The notes under the pieces are model-generated. The model made no database searches. It saw nothing but the letters and a program-made list of their open reading frames with translations, and was not told the DNA's origin. Source: Octopus vulgaris (taxonomy: Eukaryota). Taken from it: DNA of 64,000 nt. Positions 63,496 through 64,000 of this stretch are shown piece after piece. Made by a program: the position numbers and the translations under genes. The DNA lies in assembly GCA_951406725.2 (NCBI GenBank), contig OX597822.1:71176001-71240000 (forward strand). Direction: 5' to 3'. Every line of letters begins with the position of its first letter. Positions within the stretch are counted from its first letter, which is position 1.

Positions 63496-63933
63496 ACAAG
63501 GATACACACACATTGCAGTGAACCAATGATTGTTTCATTGGAAACCTGTAGCCTACATCACAATAGTTTGCCAATTGCTGTCTATACTTCCTATGTCCAT
63601 AGTTTTCAAAGAAGACCAATGGTCCATTATTTAGACACTGATAGCATCTCTTAAAATCTCAGCAACAGAGGATGTAGGTGATGAAAATATAGGGGCTATT
63701 CTCATCTTTGTTACACCTTCTGTGCACCTTCATCATTGCTGATAAGCTTCACGGTTTCAAATTTTAGCACTAAGCCAACAATTTTAAGGAAGTGTGTAAA
63801 TCAACTATTGGGTCATCCCATAAGTAATGTTCGGACGTCTGTATTTTCAATTTGTAAACACTTTAACTGTAGTTTAGAATGTCCAATGGCATCAAGTAAT
63901 ATTTTTTTATGTATTTGGACATATTTAAATTAA

Positions 63934-64000
63934 AGGCGCAGGAGTGGCTGTGTGGTAAGTAGCTTGCTTACCAGCCACATGGTTCTGGGTTCAGTCTCAC
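63934..64000 (+). mobile_element. SINE family A head (runs off the window)
   Basis: ggcgcaggagtggctgtgtggtaagtagcttgcttacc. Confidence 0.85.

Overview
AT-rich, repeat-saturated animal genomic DNA. The mix of SINEs, LINEs and microsatellites strongly suggests a coleoid cephalopod, probably Octopus (inference). I found no host exon I can support, and almost all listed ORFs are microsatellite or SINE artefacts. The recognisable content is transposable elements: two mariner relics, a Tc1 relic, a piggyBac relic with related MITEs, an old hAT (Charlie/SCAND3-like) element broken up across about 8 kb, Helitron pieces, a 5'-truncated RTE LINE whose open RT frame contains a PHD-type finger, several R4/Dong-like LINE fragments in (TAA)n tracts, and dozens of SINEs from at least four families. 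The most interesting signal is a set of Penelope-type minimal hammerhead ribozyme (HHR) motifs. One family joins a tRNA-derived Pol III head, (AAT)n, an HHR and a 3' tail, and inserts as outward-facing inverted dimers with 12-14 bp target duplications. A copy of about 430 bp at 37863-38290 starts exactly at the predicted ribozyme cleavage site and carries flanking DNA from 43412-43826, which suggests a self-cleaved transcript was retro-copied. All calls are by eye; no alignment, folding or database search was run.
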